A DNA stretch of 64,000 nt, taken from positions 3,596,001 to 3,660,000 of the forward strand of contig CM074811.1 of NCBI GenBank assembly GCA_037447605.1. The letters are read 5' to 3'. Within the stretch, counting starts at the first letter, position 1; every line of letters starts with the position of its first letter. The translations under genes were made by a program, and so were the position numbers. This document shows positions 39,901-53,568 of the stretch, one piece after another. The notes below the pieces were generated by a model. It had not been told where the DNA came from and searched no databases. It saw nothing but the letters and a program-made list of their open reading frames with translations. The DNA is from Zygnema circumcarinatum SAG 698-1b (taxonomy: Eukaryota > Plantae > Zygnematophyceae).

Positions 39901-42900
39901 CCTCTCTTGCCCAAAAAGCATGGCTTTGCTTGCTACAAAGGTAGTAAGCCTCACCTGCTGTTTTCCCAACATTCTTGTAGTAAACGAGAATGTGATCCGG
40001 TTCTTGCCCTCATGCAGAGGTAAAGTCGCCAACTGCTCTGACGTGGGATACAGCATGCGAAGTCGCTGTTTCCGGGGGCGAGCATAGAACCCGTTCACAC
40101 CGTACAGCAGCTCCTTTGTGAGAGGGTTGTCCAAAGCTGCCCCCGCCGCTGCGAGCATAACCTCGGGGGGAATGGGAGGGGGCCCGTTCTTGCCAGCAGG
40201 GGGGCCCGCTATCGGGGGGGGTCTCCTCCCAGCCCCAAAAGGCCAAAGTTTCCACCCTCCCCGCCCCCCTGCGAGAAGGTCCTGGTTACCTTCCGGGTGA
40301 GGTTTTTCCACTGCTATTGCCCCATCAAGTTCGACTCCAATCGGCGGCAAAACTTTCCCAAAGGCAAGCAGTCCGACCAATCGCGGAGCTGCAGCTGCCC
40401 AGGGGTAATACCTCCCGTCTACCTTGGCCACTAGTCTATCGTTGTTGATGATGTTCAAGGGGTTTCTAACGTACTGGTCCATTGTCACCTTCTGGGATTC
40501 GAATGCAGTCGCCGCCGCATCAATCCCCATTCGCTCATTCAGCAGATGTCGGCATAAGGAAAGTTCGAGACCAGTCGAGGGTGCCTGGAAAAGTGGGGCT
40601 TCAGGGAGTTTGGGTGTCGAGCTGTTTCCGTCAGACATCTTCCCTTCTGAGTTTTCAACATAAATTTCTATTTGCGTGTTTTGGGTCAGTCCGCCCTGCA
40701 CTCTTGCCACATCATCATTTTCCTGTTTGCTATCCGGTTCAATAGCCCTTGTACTATCTGTATTTGCTTCTGCAATGGGGGACTCCTTTACAATCTCCCG
40801 TTCACCATCCGATTCGAGAACGTGAGCTTCACTGGGCCCTTGATCGGCTGTAGCTGGCACAAGGCGACAAGAAGACTCAGAACAAGGTGGATAAGGAGAT
40901 GGGACGTCAAACTAGATTCATATAAAGAGGGAACAAACTTTCGACAACCACACATCTGACACAGATAATAATGTTGGTCATGCATTGAACAAATCAATCA
41001 ACTCAATCTGCTCCAGGTATGCTAGAACGAAACATGTCATTTCCAAACCTGCTCGTCCACCTCCAAAGCCTAAAGCCTTCCTATAGGTTTTCCATTCAGA
41101 TTACCCTTGAAGCAAAACTGGGTGATATATAGTCATCTTGGAAAAGTTCATTACTCAAGTCCCATGGGCTTCAGTAGCCCATGGGACTTCGCCATCCAAA
41201 CTACTAGTCATCCATTGAGGATGGCCATCCACTTGGTGGCTTTGGACACGAGCAAGGACAAGGACGATCTCTTTTGGTGCCGTGAACCTCTTTTCACGCA
41301 ATGAAGGGTTGAAATGTTTTCAAGCCCTGCAAAGCAATGGATTGTTGATAGTCCGACAGCATCACTATGGGTCATTGCTTTAGTTCTGGATTAAGGGACC
41401 ATACCAGCAGTCGATAAATCCGCGGCTGAAGTCAAACCGTCCAGTAACGCATCCGATGATGATTCGCGGCTTTCTGAAGCCTCCTTGATCGCTGTTAATC
41501 CCTCCTCGTCTTCTTGCATCAAGTCGCTGATTTCAAGGAGGCTCGCATGGCAGCTGCGAAAAACATCATCCTCCGTTGTTGTGTTGTCATCAGTCCCCTT
41601 CCTGTCAGCCCATTTTGGACTCTCCAAATCCATCTCGTGCAAACTGCCAAGTGAATGAAACCTTTCCATTGTGACATCTTGCGACTGCATTCCAGAGGTG
41701 AGCCTCTGTGACAATGGTTGCTCTCCTTTCACTTCACAGTTTTCATAATCCCCTCTGCCCTCCACCTCACCCGTCTCCGCCACAAATCCAACCAAAGGTT
41801 CCGCACGCTCCTGCTCTGTTCGTTCGACTCCTTTCTCCATCACTTTGGCTTCCTCGCGGCTTTCATCATCCTCCCTATCAGCTCCATTCCGGCTCTGCGC
41901 TGAAATTTCAACCCGGTTTTCCTCCTGTAACGTTGCGACGTTCACATGGGGGCTTGTTTCCATTCCTTCTCGCTCCCCATACGCACACGGTGCAACTTCC
42001 TGTTCCTTCCCTTCCACCTGCTCCCCTACCTTTTCATCCTCCTGCTTCTGTGAAGATTGTACATGTTGACTGGTTGCCAGACTTTCAACCATGTCTTTTT
42101 CAGCCACCGTTGCCATCTCTCGGGTTCCCTCACTGAGCTTTTTATCATCTTCAACCCTATCGCTCATCTCAACTTTACCCTGCCTCTCTCCTGAAAGTTC
42201 TATCTGCCACTCATCGCCTTCTTGGTTTGCTTCTGTTGATTTCACGTGAAGCCCCTTCCCAGCATAATCAAGATTCTGACTCGCCCACAATGACTCAGCT
42301 TCTATTTCCTTCCCTCCCTCGCTCTCGGACGCCTGTCCATGTTCCTGCTCCTGTGAGAACTGCTTTGTTGGCGAACATTCGGCGATGTCTTCGTCAGCCA
42401 CGGTTGCCACTACCACGTGACCGTCGAAACTCATTAGAACAACCTCCTCGTGTTCAGCAGAGGTGGCACTAACCTCTTCCTGGTCATCCTTCTCACTTTT
42501 ATCCAAAATGCTCGTGAGAGAGCCACTTCCATTGGGTCCGCCAGCAGTGCCCTCCAAGTTCTGCAGATTTGCGGCTTCTACTGCTTCTTGTACCACTATG
42601 TCATGGCCTTCCCTTGTCAATTCTATCTCATTCCCACTATTCCGCCCATCGTGCACTTCTTCTTCAAGTACTTCTACGGTAGCTGCTATACTCTCAAGAA
42701 GAGCATCAGTGCCATCAGCTCCTGTTGATACAAGCAATTCGAGAGATGCTGCAACCAAATCTACTCCCTTCAACCCACCTCCTTCCTCACCTGTTACAAC
42801 TTCTTCTGACAATCTCATTGTAGCTCTATCCTCATCTTCCTCCTGCAAGACTTCAATTGAAGTTCCAGAATCAACTTCCTCTGGAGTTTCCAGGTCAGGA

Positions 42901-45083
42901 CTTGTGTCAGTCCTTGTGCTTTCTTCGACGGTGTTGTCCATCGGCTCAATATGATCCTCCCTCTGTGCAACATCCTTGCCTTCATCGGACGAACTCGATC
43001 CATCCCCAAGACGGCTATGACCATGCACCGGCCTTTGACCGTGCACAGACTCCACAACATCCCGACCCACAGTTTCTCCTCGAGCCCGCTTCGAAGAATG
43101 TTTCTTCACCCTAGGCGAACTCCACTGCTTATCGATCAGGTCGACTAGAAGTTGTGCCCGTTCAGCAGAAATCGGCGCCGCAACATCTTCCTTTTCGTCT
43201 TTCGAACCCTGCCCTTGTTCTCCTGCTTCTATAGGACCGGGCCCTTCATCCCCTTGACTCCCCCCCTCTACACTTGCAACCTCAACGTTGCCCGACTCAT
43301 TGACTTCTCCGGAGGCACGTAATGCAAGAGTTTGATCATCGTTCCCTTCCTCAGGCCCTACTCTTTGCTCGGATGTTTTTTCAGTCTTCTCTTTCCTGGG
43401 AGATGGCAAGGAATCCCTTCCATGATTTTCATTGGCCTTCGGCGGCTTTAACCGCCAGCCAAACCAGCCCCAACCTCGTTTTTGTCTCTGCTCTTTGTCT
43501 TCATCTTTTTTCAAGGCAGCCACAAACGCTTGTTTGGAAGATGAAGGTGCATGCCTAACTGCCACAGCTGCCTTCTCTACGATTGCCCTCCAGGCCATTT
43601 CCCTATCCATAGCAGCCTTCAGCTTTGGGGTGACTTCGAACTCGGACTCAGCCCCAGACTCAACTGTTTCAGAGGCTGTCAAAAGCAACTGTCCAATCCG
43701 TTCTTTCTCAGAATCACTCACATAGCTTCGTCCACTCGCACCCGCACCAGTGGAAGCTTGGGCGTTTGCACTGTTGACAGTCTCAGGTGCAGGCAGGAGA
43801 CGTGCCATTGAAGTAGAAAAACGGGGGCTAGTCTCGAAGGAAGGGCGTTCAGAAGAAGAAGGTTCAAGAGCAGAATCAGTACTTTGGTTTCTATTACTTA
43901 CACTCGTGGCATCTTCTTGGTTATGCACTCCACTTGTTAGCAGGGTGCTTCCTTGCCCCGTATCCGCTGAACTGCAAAGCAAGGAAGCAGTTTCTGCTAA
44001 CAGGAGGTCCCTAGTGATGCTTCTCAACTCAGGCTGATCATTAGTTAGGGCTGCATTGCCACTTTGAGGAGACGCCTTCATTTTCTCCTTCTGCACACTG
44101 GGTAGTGTCCCTGAAGCGAGAGCGGCAGCAGAAGACTCCGCTAACAAAGCAGCCGTAGAGTCGATTGCCGCGGCGAGGTGTGACGCCACTATAGCTGTGC
44201 TGCCGCCAGATAAAACCATTTGGGGCGTGCTTACTGAGGTTAAACCCGATCGCACAGTCGTGAAAGCGACGATTTGAGATGGTTGTTTGTCATGAAAGGT
44301 GAGCGGAAGGGCGTTCGGCTTTGAGGGAGGACTACCCAGCACTACACTGCTTGCTACACTTTCCGCACCAGCAGTTGCTTGTGAAATAAATGGTGTATTT
44401 TCAGCTTCTGTCTTCATATGGACATCTGGCTCTTTAGAGGTCTGATGTTCGCCTCCCGCCTTCATTTCATCCGGAAAGGAATCCCGTGGGACTGCACTTG
44501 GAGCTTGGCTATGGTCGGCGGACTCAACATCATCACAAAAACTCGAGGGAACAGGTGCAGACGATGACCGGGGAAACGGACTCTCGATATTAGCAAGGCT
44601 TTTTGACTCTACTTCAGAGGGTACAAAGGAAGAAGTGGAATGAGAAGCTGGGAGAGGAGATGTGGAGGCTATTTCACTGCGAGGAAGTTCCAAAGCCTGC
44701 TCCGACCGCAATGATGTTGAAAGTTGTAACGTCTCAACGCTGCTCACATCCTCTCCATCCCCTCTACTTTCCTCCTTGTACTCAAGAAGCATGAGGTCTG
44801 CAGCCTTAGTTCCAGCAAGAAGTTTCTGATTTTCTTTATGATATTCTAGAAGCCCAGCAATATCATCCTCCTCTTCCTTCGCAAAATATGCCTCCCCTTT
44901 TGAATCCAAGCACATGTGAAAACCTGCCTCGACATCATTAACAGTGACGGTTACAATCCTTTCACGACGTTTTAAAACACCTTGAAAATTTCCGAAACGA
45001 ACGTACCATGGCGCCGTTTTGTATCCCCCGTCCTCTTGCTTGACCACGATGATGTCAACAGCTCCACCGAATGGGTGAAACAT
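36915..45083 (-). CDS. PAH: Lipin-family phosphatidate phosphatase (PAH1/PAH2-like); an upstream exon is likely
   Basis: N-LIP domain [30 protein letters not shown]; M-LIP ELSLC..YYPW; GWKLWPF; C-LIP with the HAD motif [45 protein letters not shown]; ends [24 protein letters not shown]. Confidence 0.95.
39119..39371 (+). repeat. Telomere-like (TTTTTAGGG)n tract in a lipin intron
   Basis: About 28 units of mostly 9-bp T5AG3, with variants (TCTTTAGGG, TTTTTAGGA, TTTTTAAGG). Confidence 0.9.
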
Positions 45084-45867
45084 ATTGACGCGGACCTAAA
45101 AGTGAAGTAGAATGAAGGGAAATTTTGCCAAAGTAGCGGCTATGTGACCATCAGGTTACAGCAGATCCCTCAAGACTTTTGAGCCTCCGCATAAGCTTAC
45201 AGCCTACGCCTCCATCCAAGTTCCCCAACTGCTCCGGTCCTGTCAAGTTGCAGCAACACTCCTGCAACAGGCCCCCTCACGTGCTGCAACACGCCGTCTG
45301 CCCGCCCCTCGCATCCTCCATCCGGCATCCTCTTCCCCGCAGCACCCTTGTCCCCTCACAGCCACTCAAGCAGCCGTCGGCCCTTGAAGCCAGCCCTAAA
45401 CAGCATATGCACAACTGCATGCGCAGATGACGACCTTGCGAGGGAGGCAGCGCATCGCGTGGCAGCAGCCAGCCATCCACATCCCCATCCCCATCCCCCC
45501 CCCCCCGAAGAGCCAGGGCCACAGCCACAGCCAGAGCGCAGCGGAGCCCTTTCCACCCCGGCAGCGCGACGGCCTCACCCTCTCCTTCGCCCGGTCGGCC
45601 AACTGCGAGCGTCCGTCCGCCCGTCCGCCCGTCCGTCCGTTCGCCGTCCGTCGGTCCACCCGTCCGTCCACCCGTCCGTCCGTCCGCCGGTAGGCGCGCG
45701 CCGCTCGTTTCGGCGCGCGCCACGTGGATGGCGGGGGGCGCCCGCGCTGCGATTGGCCGCCCGCCGCGGTGAGATCGCCGCCAGCAGTTGACCCGCCGTT
45801 GACTTGCCACACGCCGCCTCCTGCCTGGATCAAACGCGGTGAGATCCACTGGACTGCCCTCGCTCAT

Positions 45868-45975
45868 CATGGGGCATGCATGGGACCATGAGGCCATCCA
45901 TGGGGCCATCGATTCATGGGACCATCCATGGGGCCATCGATGCATGTGCCCATCCATGGGGCCATCCATGCATGG
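45868..45975. repeat. CATG-rich quasi-palindromic minisatellite (about 12-bp CCATCCATGGGG)
   Basis: Repeated CCATCCATGGGG / CCATCGATG units between the divergent lipin and APH1 genes. Confidence 0.75.
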
Positions 45976-46248
45976 CTTCACTCCTTTCAGGCAGGCAGGC
46001 TGGAAACTGCAATGATGCTGCGGCTGTGCTTGCGGAAGCAGGAGCACGAGCAGAAGCACGAGGAGGAGCAGGAGCAGGCCGCGGGGCCGGGTCCGGGGGC
46101 GGGGGCGGGGGCGGGAGCAGGAGCCGCCTGCTTGCAAGCGTGATGATGGCGGACGCCTCCGTGCTCTGTGTCGCGACGACCTTCTCGCCACGGCGGAGCG
46201 CGTCGCAGGGACGATGAGGCGGTGAGCGGTGTCAAGGGAGTGCAGGAG

Positions 46249-48476
46249 ATGACGCTTGCCTCGTTTCTGGGATGCTTTCTCATCGGCGCGGGTCCCGGCA
46301 TCGCTCTCTTCATCACTGTTGTCTCGCGGAAATCGTTTCTGGTCATTATAACGCTTTCCAGGTCAGGCCTCCTGTCGCAGAACTCGTCGTTGGCGTCCTC
46401 CAACGAATTATGCTACTAGGTTTTTAGAAGGCAATCGGTTAAGGTTCATGGAAAAGCCGTAATCACGTCATCTTTTCTGAACAAAAGAGCTTTTTGGGGC
46501 ACCACACGGTGATCGTAGCTCGATGCAGCAGGCCGTGTCCTGTTAGAAATCCAAGAGTGAGGCTCTTTTTTGCGGGAATCACACAATTTTTTATCGACAC
46601 TTTCTCCTTTCCCTCGTTCTCAGCCAGCTGAGGCTCTACTTCCTGCATTTTATTACCTTTACCGACTTTTCTAGTCAACTGTGCGTTAGCTTTTGCTTTT
46701 ATTCAAGCGACTCGCTTGGGTTGGCGTACGAATTTCTCCAATTTCTCCAATTGACTTTTTTTCTGATGCTGCTCCTTTACAGCGCCTTTTTCTGGCTCTT
46801 GACTGTTATCGTCGTAGCAACGTTATGGCGCCCCTTCATTCCCTTGGGCCCATCCGTGTGGCCACTGGCCTTCCTGCTGTTGACAGCTGTCGCAGTAGAA
46901 GAGGCCGCTCGACTTCTCATGTGGCGAATGTATTCGTAAGATCGTATGCCTTGTCCGCCCAATCCTCAATTATGTGCATGTTGCACTGCTATAGCTGAGT
47001 AAGCGGCGACCAGCGAAGAATGAAAATTGTCGTCAATCCCTATTGAGCTAGATAAGGCAACTGCAGAGACTTTACTTACTCCTTAAGAGCACACGTATCT
47101 ATGTTGTGCATGGTACAGTCAGTTGGAGACTTACGTGGAGGCCATTGCTGCAGCACAAGGCAGGCCTCGTCTGTCATCTTCTGACAAAATGCAAATCGCT
47201 CTTGGTAAGTGCACAATCGCGAAAGCAATCCAATTTTACTTGATCAACGTTGATCACCTTCATAGACAATAGCATTCGTCAACAACTCATTTTGATAATC
47301 TGGTATGCGACCGGATGAAGTGGGAAGTTGAAAGAGGCGTCTTGCATTAGGGGAACATGGGATCACTTGTCTGATCCGACTCCCCTTTCTTGCCGTTGAA
47401 CAACTGGCAGCTGGCGGTTTAGGCCATGGTGGTGTGCACTCCGCTCTTTTCTTCCTCAGCCTCATCACTCCTGCCCTTGGACCAGCGACTTTCTATGCCG
47501 AAAACTGTGCAGAAATGCCTTTTTTTCTCAGTGCTGGTATGGCTTGGATATGTCCCATGATCTTTTTTTTTCTTTTTCGTTGCCTCTCTTATTTTCCTTT
47601 TTTGGGGGTTTCCGTCGTGAAGGCTGTTCGTACAAGCTTAACCAAACTGAAGAAATCAGTCGGTCTCTTCGCTTTTGAATCAGGTCTGATTGAAATTATT
47701 CATGTGGACTCGTGCATCCTCCTGTTTGGGCGGCCAATGTAATGTTGACTTTACATTGTTACTTTTGCGCAGCTCTTTTTTCTTTGGCCACGTTTCTTCA
47801 ACATACCTTTTCTATGGTGGTGGCGTTCGATGCCTTCGAAAGCAGGTCACAGGAACGGCAACTGGTGGTTCCTGCAATCCACCTTGTCTCAGCCCTTTCG
47901 GTAAGGCTTTGACTGTATGGCAGAGAAGTCCAAGAGACCCTCTGCTCCTTCAGGGGAACACTATGGCCATCGTAATCTCGTTTAGCTGTGTGGATAGTGT
48001 CGGTAGTGGGTCAGTTGTGAGTGACGCCAAAGGAAACATGCACCAGTACATAGAGGGCACTGAATGTGGAAGGGCTGACGGCTGCATGGGCATTTGCTCC
48101 CAGAGCTCGCTGTGGAAGGAAGCTACTTAGAGTGCAAGTTGTGGGTGCTTCTTCTCCACAATGGAACATGCCAGTCGGTTGAGGTTGGGGCAGCCGAGAA
48201 TGGCTCATCCACGTAGTCCAACGATGAGCGAATGCCATTAGCGCCATTATCACCGTGGATGCAGCTATTGCAGGTACTGGCCGGCTTTGACACGTAGTGC
48301 TGTGCTGTATGCAGATGCTGGTCAACCTCGCGCCCGGCGGATGCACCTTCGGGGTGCCCCTAGCCTGGGCCTGCACGGCTCCGGCACTTGTGCTCAGCGC
48401 GAGGGTCGTGTGGGAGCAGACCCGTCCCACGCGGAGTCATGTGCAGGAACAGCACTCCATGCGCTCGATCTACTGA
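46249..48476 (+). CDS. APH1: Gamma-secretase subunit APH1
   Basis: MTLASFLGCFLIGAGPGIALF; SAFFWL; EEAARL; AGGLGHGGVHS (GxxxG); LGPATFY..C..MPFFL; HTFSMVVAFD; HLVSALS; LVNLAPGGCTFG; stop at 48474-48476. Confidence 0.92.
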
Positions 48477-49030
48477 TTAACTGTTGTTTTTTCCAGAGAA
48501 AGTGAATCATCAAAGCATTCATGCATTCGCCTGCGTCATTGGTTGGCACTTGGCTTACTTTAGATGATGCGTTCGTTTGAAGCTCTTATGTGCTTCTTAA
48601 AGTTACACAAAGTATTTTTTCTACTTGGGCAATCCAGCTGGTGTCTTATTCTTATTGCAAATAATGGTGCAGTCCTATGAGTCGTCCTATGTCCTTGCAT
48701 GGACACGTGTGAGGCACCACGTACTCACTCACGTTACAAGCATCACATTTTGGAATGCGGAGGATCAACCAACTCCCAACATGTTCGTGGAACTCGCGCT
48801 TATCTGTATTGCGGGTCGACCCACTGCTTCGACCGCGCATTCTGCCAACACCGTCTGCAAAGGTACTGCATGCACTTTTCTAAAAGCTTACGCTATCACG
48901 CTAATGTTGTCACGTCGAAGCTGTCAACAGTAAAGATCTTCGTGCAGACGCGCAGCGACAAGAGGTCTTATTTCAGGTGGAACGCATCCAAGCGAACCTT
49001 TCGGAGTCGCAGTTGGTATCGACGGCCTCC

Positions 49031-50250
49031 TCAATAGCGTCCAGTGATATTTTTTAAGGCAACGCCAGCCAGAGTGCTCGTGAGAATAAGCAGAGAACGA
49101 GGGCCTCCGGCAGCAGCCACAACCTTCTTGTAGCTTGGGCGGTTCTTTGCGTCGCCCCAGAACTTGCTCACTGCTGGCCGAGGAGCAATCAACTCCTGCT
49201 GCTTCTTCAGCATGTCTACTCGAGCCAAGATTGTCATCAATCCAACGTCAGCCATAGAGAAGGCCTCCCCGGCAAGAAATGGCGTCTGCCCTAACTGCGT
49301 CTCTGCTGCATCTAAAATACCGACCAGTTTATTATGCTCTGCCTCCACAATCTCCGGCTTTTGAAAATCCTCCGCCAGCTTCGTTGCGCTTTCAATCTTC
49401 TTGTCATAGAACTCTACAAGTTCAGGACTCTCCGCTTTCCGGGCTTGCAAAACCTTCAATCTGAAGCTTGAGAGGAACAAAGAGGTCTCTTTCTTTTGGT
49501 TAGCGTAAGTGTACAAGTTGTCATCCCAGGTGACGAACTTATCGAACCATTCCCACACCTTCGAACGGTCCACCTTGTCTCCGCCTAGCGGCTCACCAAC
49601 GCTGTCGGCATACCTGCACAAATTTCCGGAAAAAGCCATTTATTCCACGGCAGAAGTCAGCCCGGACCTGCAACTTCAGTGCCAAGCAGACAGGTTGCCC
49701 TGTGTGTGGAGCGATTCTATACATGTTCACACTTGCAAGCAGGATGAGTGACAGTTGCGAAGCATGTTCGCAAAGGACCGTCGGGCAAGCTTCAAGAAAA
49801 GTTGTCACACCTGTACTAGTCACGCTGCTTTATCACTACAGACATGGTCACTGCAACGAACAAAGCTTACTTCAAAATATCAACGCTGTTAGGAATGATT
49901 CTCTCCCCGAGAATCAGCGCAGGAACGGTCGCATTGGAATTTATTTTGAAGTACGATCCCCGGAAGTTCTCTCCAAGCAGGATGTTGATGTTCTTCACGT
50001 GGTAGGGGATGCTCTTCTCCTCGAGGCCGAGGCGCGCCCTCTGCGCAGCGAATGACAGCGGGAAAGAGTAGAGCACCTGCAGGCCCGGCCGGGACAGAGA
50101 GAGGCGAGAGAGGAGGAGGGAGAGGATGAGGGCGAGAGCGAGAGTGAAAGGGACAACGACCTGCTGACCGCACACCACAAGGCCATTCCTCTCAATCTTC
50201 ATAAATCCCCCTCTGAAGGCAGCACGCTCGCTTACCGCGCTCTCAGCCAT
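49031..50250 (-). CDS. Glutathione S-transferase, TCHQD/GDAP1-like class
   Basis: MAESA / VLYSFPLSFAAQRARLGLEEK..NSNATVPAL..NSVDILK / YAD..; C-terminal domain FLAGEAFSMADV, RPSYKKV and a hydrophobic tail. Confidence 0.88.
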
Positions 50251-50791
50251 GGCGTCCCTCCACTCGTCTCTCCCTCTCCCACTCTCTCTCCCTCTCCTTC
50301 TCCCTCGCCCTCTCTCTCCCTGGAGGCCGAGGTCTACGCGCTCGCCCGCTGTCCTGCTGGCCGCGCGCGCTCAGACCGCCACGTGGCACAGGCCGCCGGG
50401 CCAACCAATCAGCGCCAAAGGACGCTCCGGTTCGCTCCGCCACGTGGCTCGGTCTGGCGACGAGGAAGGCTGGAGGAAGCTTCGTCCCAATCGCCCACCA
50501 TAGACGTCATATCCGTGTTTGCTTACGTACTGACACAGTACGGCATGACTCAGTACGGAGTCGTATGAGTGTACGGTAGATGGGGTTGGCGCACAGCAGA
50601 GCAGAGCTCCGGGAGGGGGTGAACTGCCTGCCTCGCGCACTAACGCTGGGAGGGAGAGAGTGAGGGAGGGAGGCCCGGGGAGGAGGGGCGAGAGAGGGAG
50701 GGGAGGAAGGGGACAGTTGAATAGGGAAGAGGAGAGAGCTGAACAAGGGGAAAAGGCGGAGGAGAAGGGAATAGGGCGAGAGGTGCCAGCC

Positions 50792-52455
50792 ATGGAGGAG
50801 GCTGTCGCACGCAGAGAGAAGTTGCGGGCCTTGCGGGAAGCGGCTGAGCTGAGTGGAAAAGGTGCGGACGGCGCTGCTGGACCGGCGCACGCTGAGAATG
50901 CGGCGTCGACAGGGACAGGGGAGGCCAGAAACGGAGATCCTGTCTCTAATGGCGCGCCGCAGGACAAGGAGAATGAAGAAGCGGATACGGACGAGCCGTA
51001 GGTTTTCCCGTGAACCCTGAAGCTTTTTGCGTGGATGTCATTGCTATAGGCCCTTTGCGTAAGCACTGGAATCACTTCCGCCGCTCACATAAACTTCTGG
51101 TTTCCCAATTACTCGTCGTAAGCACCTTCACTACTGATAAGGCATAAGGTTTTATTTTAGTTTCCTCTCTAGCACAGTGGCGGACTCTGCAATTCATTGC
51201 AAATGCTGCGGGTAAAGATTATGGAAAGGTATCTGTGGATTTGCGGTCATGGAATAGGTCAAGTCAGCTGCCACCTCATGTACCAGCTCGGCCGCCTCTA
51301 ATTCTCAATCACTCTTCACTCGGATCTTTTCGTTTCTATCACCTTCGCTGATTGAAACACTGCAATTGCTGCTCACTGGGTTTGGAAATAGACCTGTGTC
51401 GGGCCAATTGCATTTTTTTTTTTTGAAGAATTCTTTTGTTTCGATGAAATAGAAATATCACTAGTGTTGGTTTATCATGAGAATCCGTCCACGTCATCTT
51501 CTTTCGGAAATACCATCCAAAGAGTCTGTTTCAATGAAGACTGAGTGACGCTTCGTTGTAACTTTGAGCCACGTTCAATGTGAGAAGATTTATCAAGCTG
51601 AAATCACAGGGATTCAGTGACGTCGTCAGTATCATCTCACCTTGTTTTTGCGTGGTCCTTAATGGCGGCAGGCCAGTAATGTTCCGCAACTACCTTCCGC
51701 GAGACCAGGAACTTCACGGAGCCAGAATACCGCCTCCTGCTCGCCCCAGATTTGAAGATCCAGTCGCGCCAAATCCGTCAGATGCAGAAAAAACAGAGGT
51801 GAGTATGTAACAGACGCATGTAAGACGTATATTTATGGCCCGAGATGAGGCAAAACGTGGGAGCCAAGTCACGCATATGGGCCAGTTTCGATGTGAGGAC
51901 AGAAAGAGAGAGGGCCCCAATGTTTCCATCCTCTCATTCGCAATTACGTACATGTGCAGGATCCATTGACGAGTATTGCGCCCAGAAAGCCTGACTGGGA
52001 TTTGCGCAGAGATGTTGCACAAAGACTTGCAAAGTTGGATAGGCGAACTCAACGAGCCATGGTTGAGCTTATGCGTAAGCAGCCCTCTTCTCGTAGTTCG
52101 TTGGGCGTGCAGGCGGAGTAGAAGTTGCACTCGTCCATATCCCCTCTCTTTCTCCCCTTTTCTCTCTTTCTTCTCTCAGTTGGTGGTTACTCTCACTTGT
52201 CAGTCGATAAATAGTTGTTTAGGTTGTGTTTAGCGGCTATCTGCCTTGTTAGTAGTCGTGTTGCTCGTTTTAGGGTTTTTGTAAAGCCGGTTTCCAAGAG
52301 GCAGTTCGCGGTGGCTCACTTTTCAACTGTAATTTTTTTTACGTGCAGATGAGGAAGAAAAGAGGCGGCAAGAAGAGGCCCAGGGTGAAGAGGAGGAAGG
52401 TGATGACGACGGTGACGCCACCGACGCCGGGAATGGCGTTGAGCACAGCGGCTGA
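50792..52455 (+). CDS. CCDC12: CCDC12/Cwf18 pre-mRNA splicing factor
   Basis: MEEAVARREKLRALR; FRNYLPRD; IAPRKPDWDLRRDVAQRLAKLDRRTQRAMVELM; acidic tail to the stop at 52455. Confidence 0.9.
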
Positions 52456-53568
52456 TAGCGCTACAGATGTCGCGCTCTCTTTTTCACTTGCGGCCGCTCT
52501 CATTTCACGTTGCATAGCGGCTTTCATGAGGAAGATTTCTCAATCAATGTTAAGAGATTTCAGCTTGTGAATGCAAAGCTTTGGCCTTGAGGGAAAAACA
52601 GGGCTTCTTTCATTCCTTCGCTTCGTACAAACGCTCGTTGGTGTAGGCAGTAGTGGATGCAAATTCAAGCAGTGGATTTGTGCTCATGATTTTGAAATTT
52701 GTGGGTAGTGAGAGGTCTCGACCGTGTCCATTGGTGGAGCTTTGAAAAAAGTTTTGATGGACTTTTAGTTGCCGTTGCGTTTTTGTCGGAGCTGAACAGT
52801 AGCTCGTTGGCATGATGGTCGTAGAAGCATCATCGCTCAGAGCCATTGCGACCCGCCAGACGGCCTCTGCGGCCTACTGTCGGCAGGCACAAGGTAGCAG
52901 CACAGCGCGCACTGCAAGCGCAGAACTGGTTGCGGGGAGTGCCTTGGGCCGCGGGCCTCGCTGCTTCGGTCCGCATGGCGTGGATGGATGGCGCCTGCAG
53001 GGGGGAGGGCATGTGCGCGTATCTTCCCTCCCCTGGCGGCGGCCGGCAGTGCGCCGGACATGCCGCAGGCGCCTTCCTGTGGCCTTCCGGCCTCCAAGGG
53101 AGTTTCACAATGTGGCCGGCAGTGCACTCTGCCTGCCTGAAGGTGCCCGTTCTCGCTGTCGCGAAACTGCCGCATCCGACTGGTGTGAGACACCAATGGC
53201 ATTGAAACAAATAGGGCGGCGTCCCACTCCATTCCATCCATGCCCCCATGCAGCAATTGTGCACACACCACTCCTGCATGCAGCAAGAGAGAGGCTCGCC
53301 ACACCAAGCGCCAAAGGCTGCAATCTGGGATCTCAAAAGTGATCCCCTGATCTTTGCTTCCCAAAAGAATGCTACAACGGCAACGAAGAAAAAACAAAAG
53401 AATTATCGCAAAGCGCAATCGAGAACGTAAACCAATCTGAGCCCAGAGATCCTACTACCAGAATAACTTCCCCCTTGTCTGATAGCTCCGGCAGACCCAA
53501 CAATGAAAAAACTATGCAAACTGTTCTACACACGAGCTGCTCCTCCCGCCTTCGTCTTCGCCAATACT

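Noticed and set aside
52500-53560. 170-190 aa ORFs between CCDC12 and ICL
   Set aside because: GC-rich frames open on both strands downstream of two convergent stops; likely 3'UTR.
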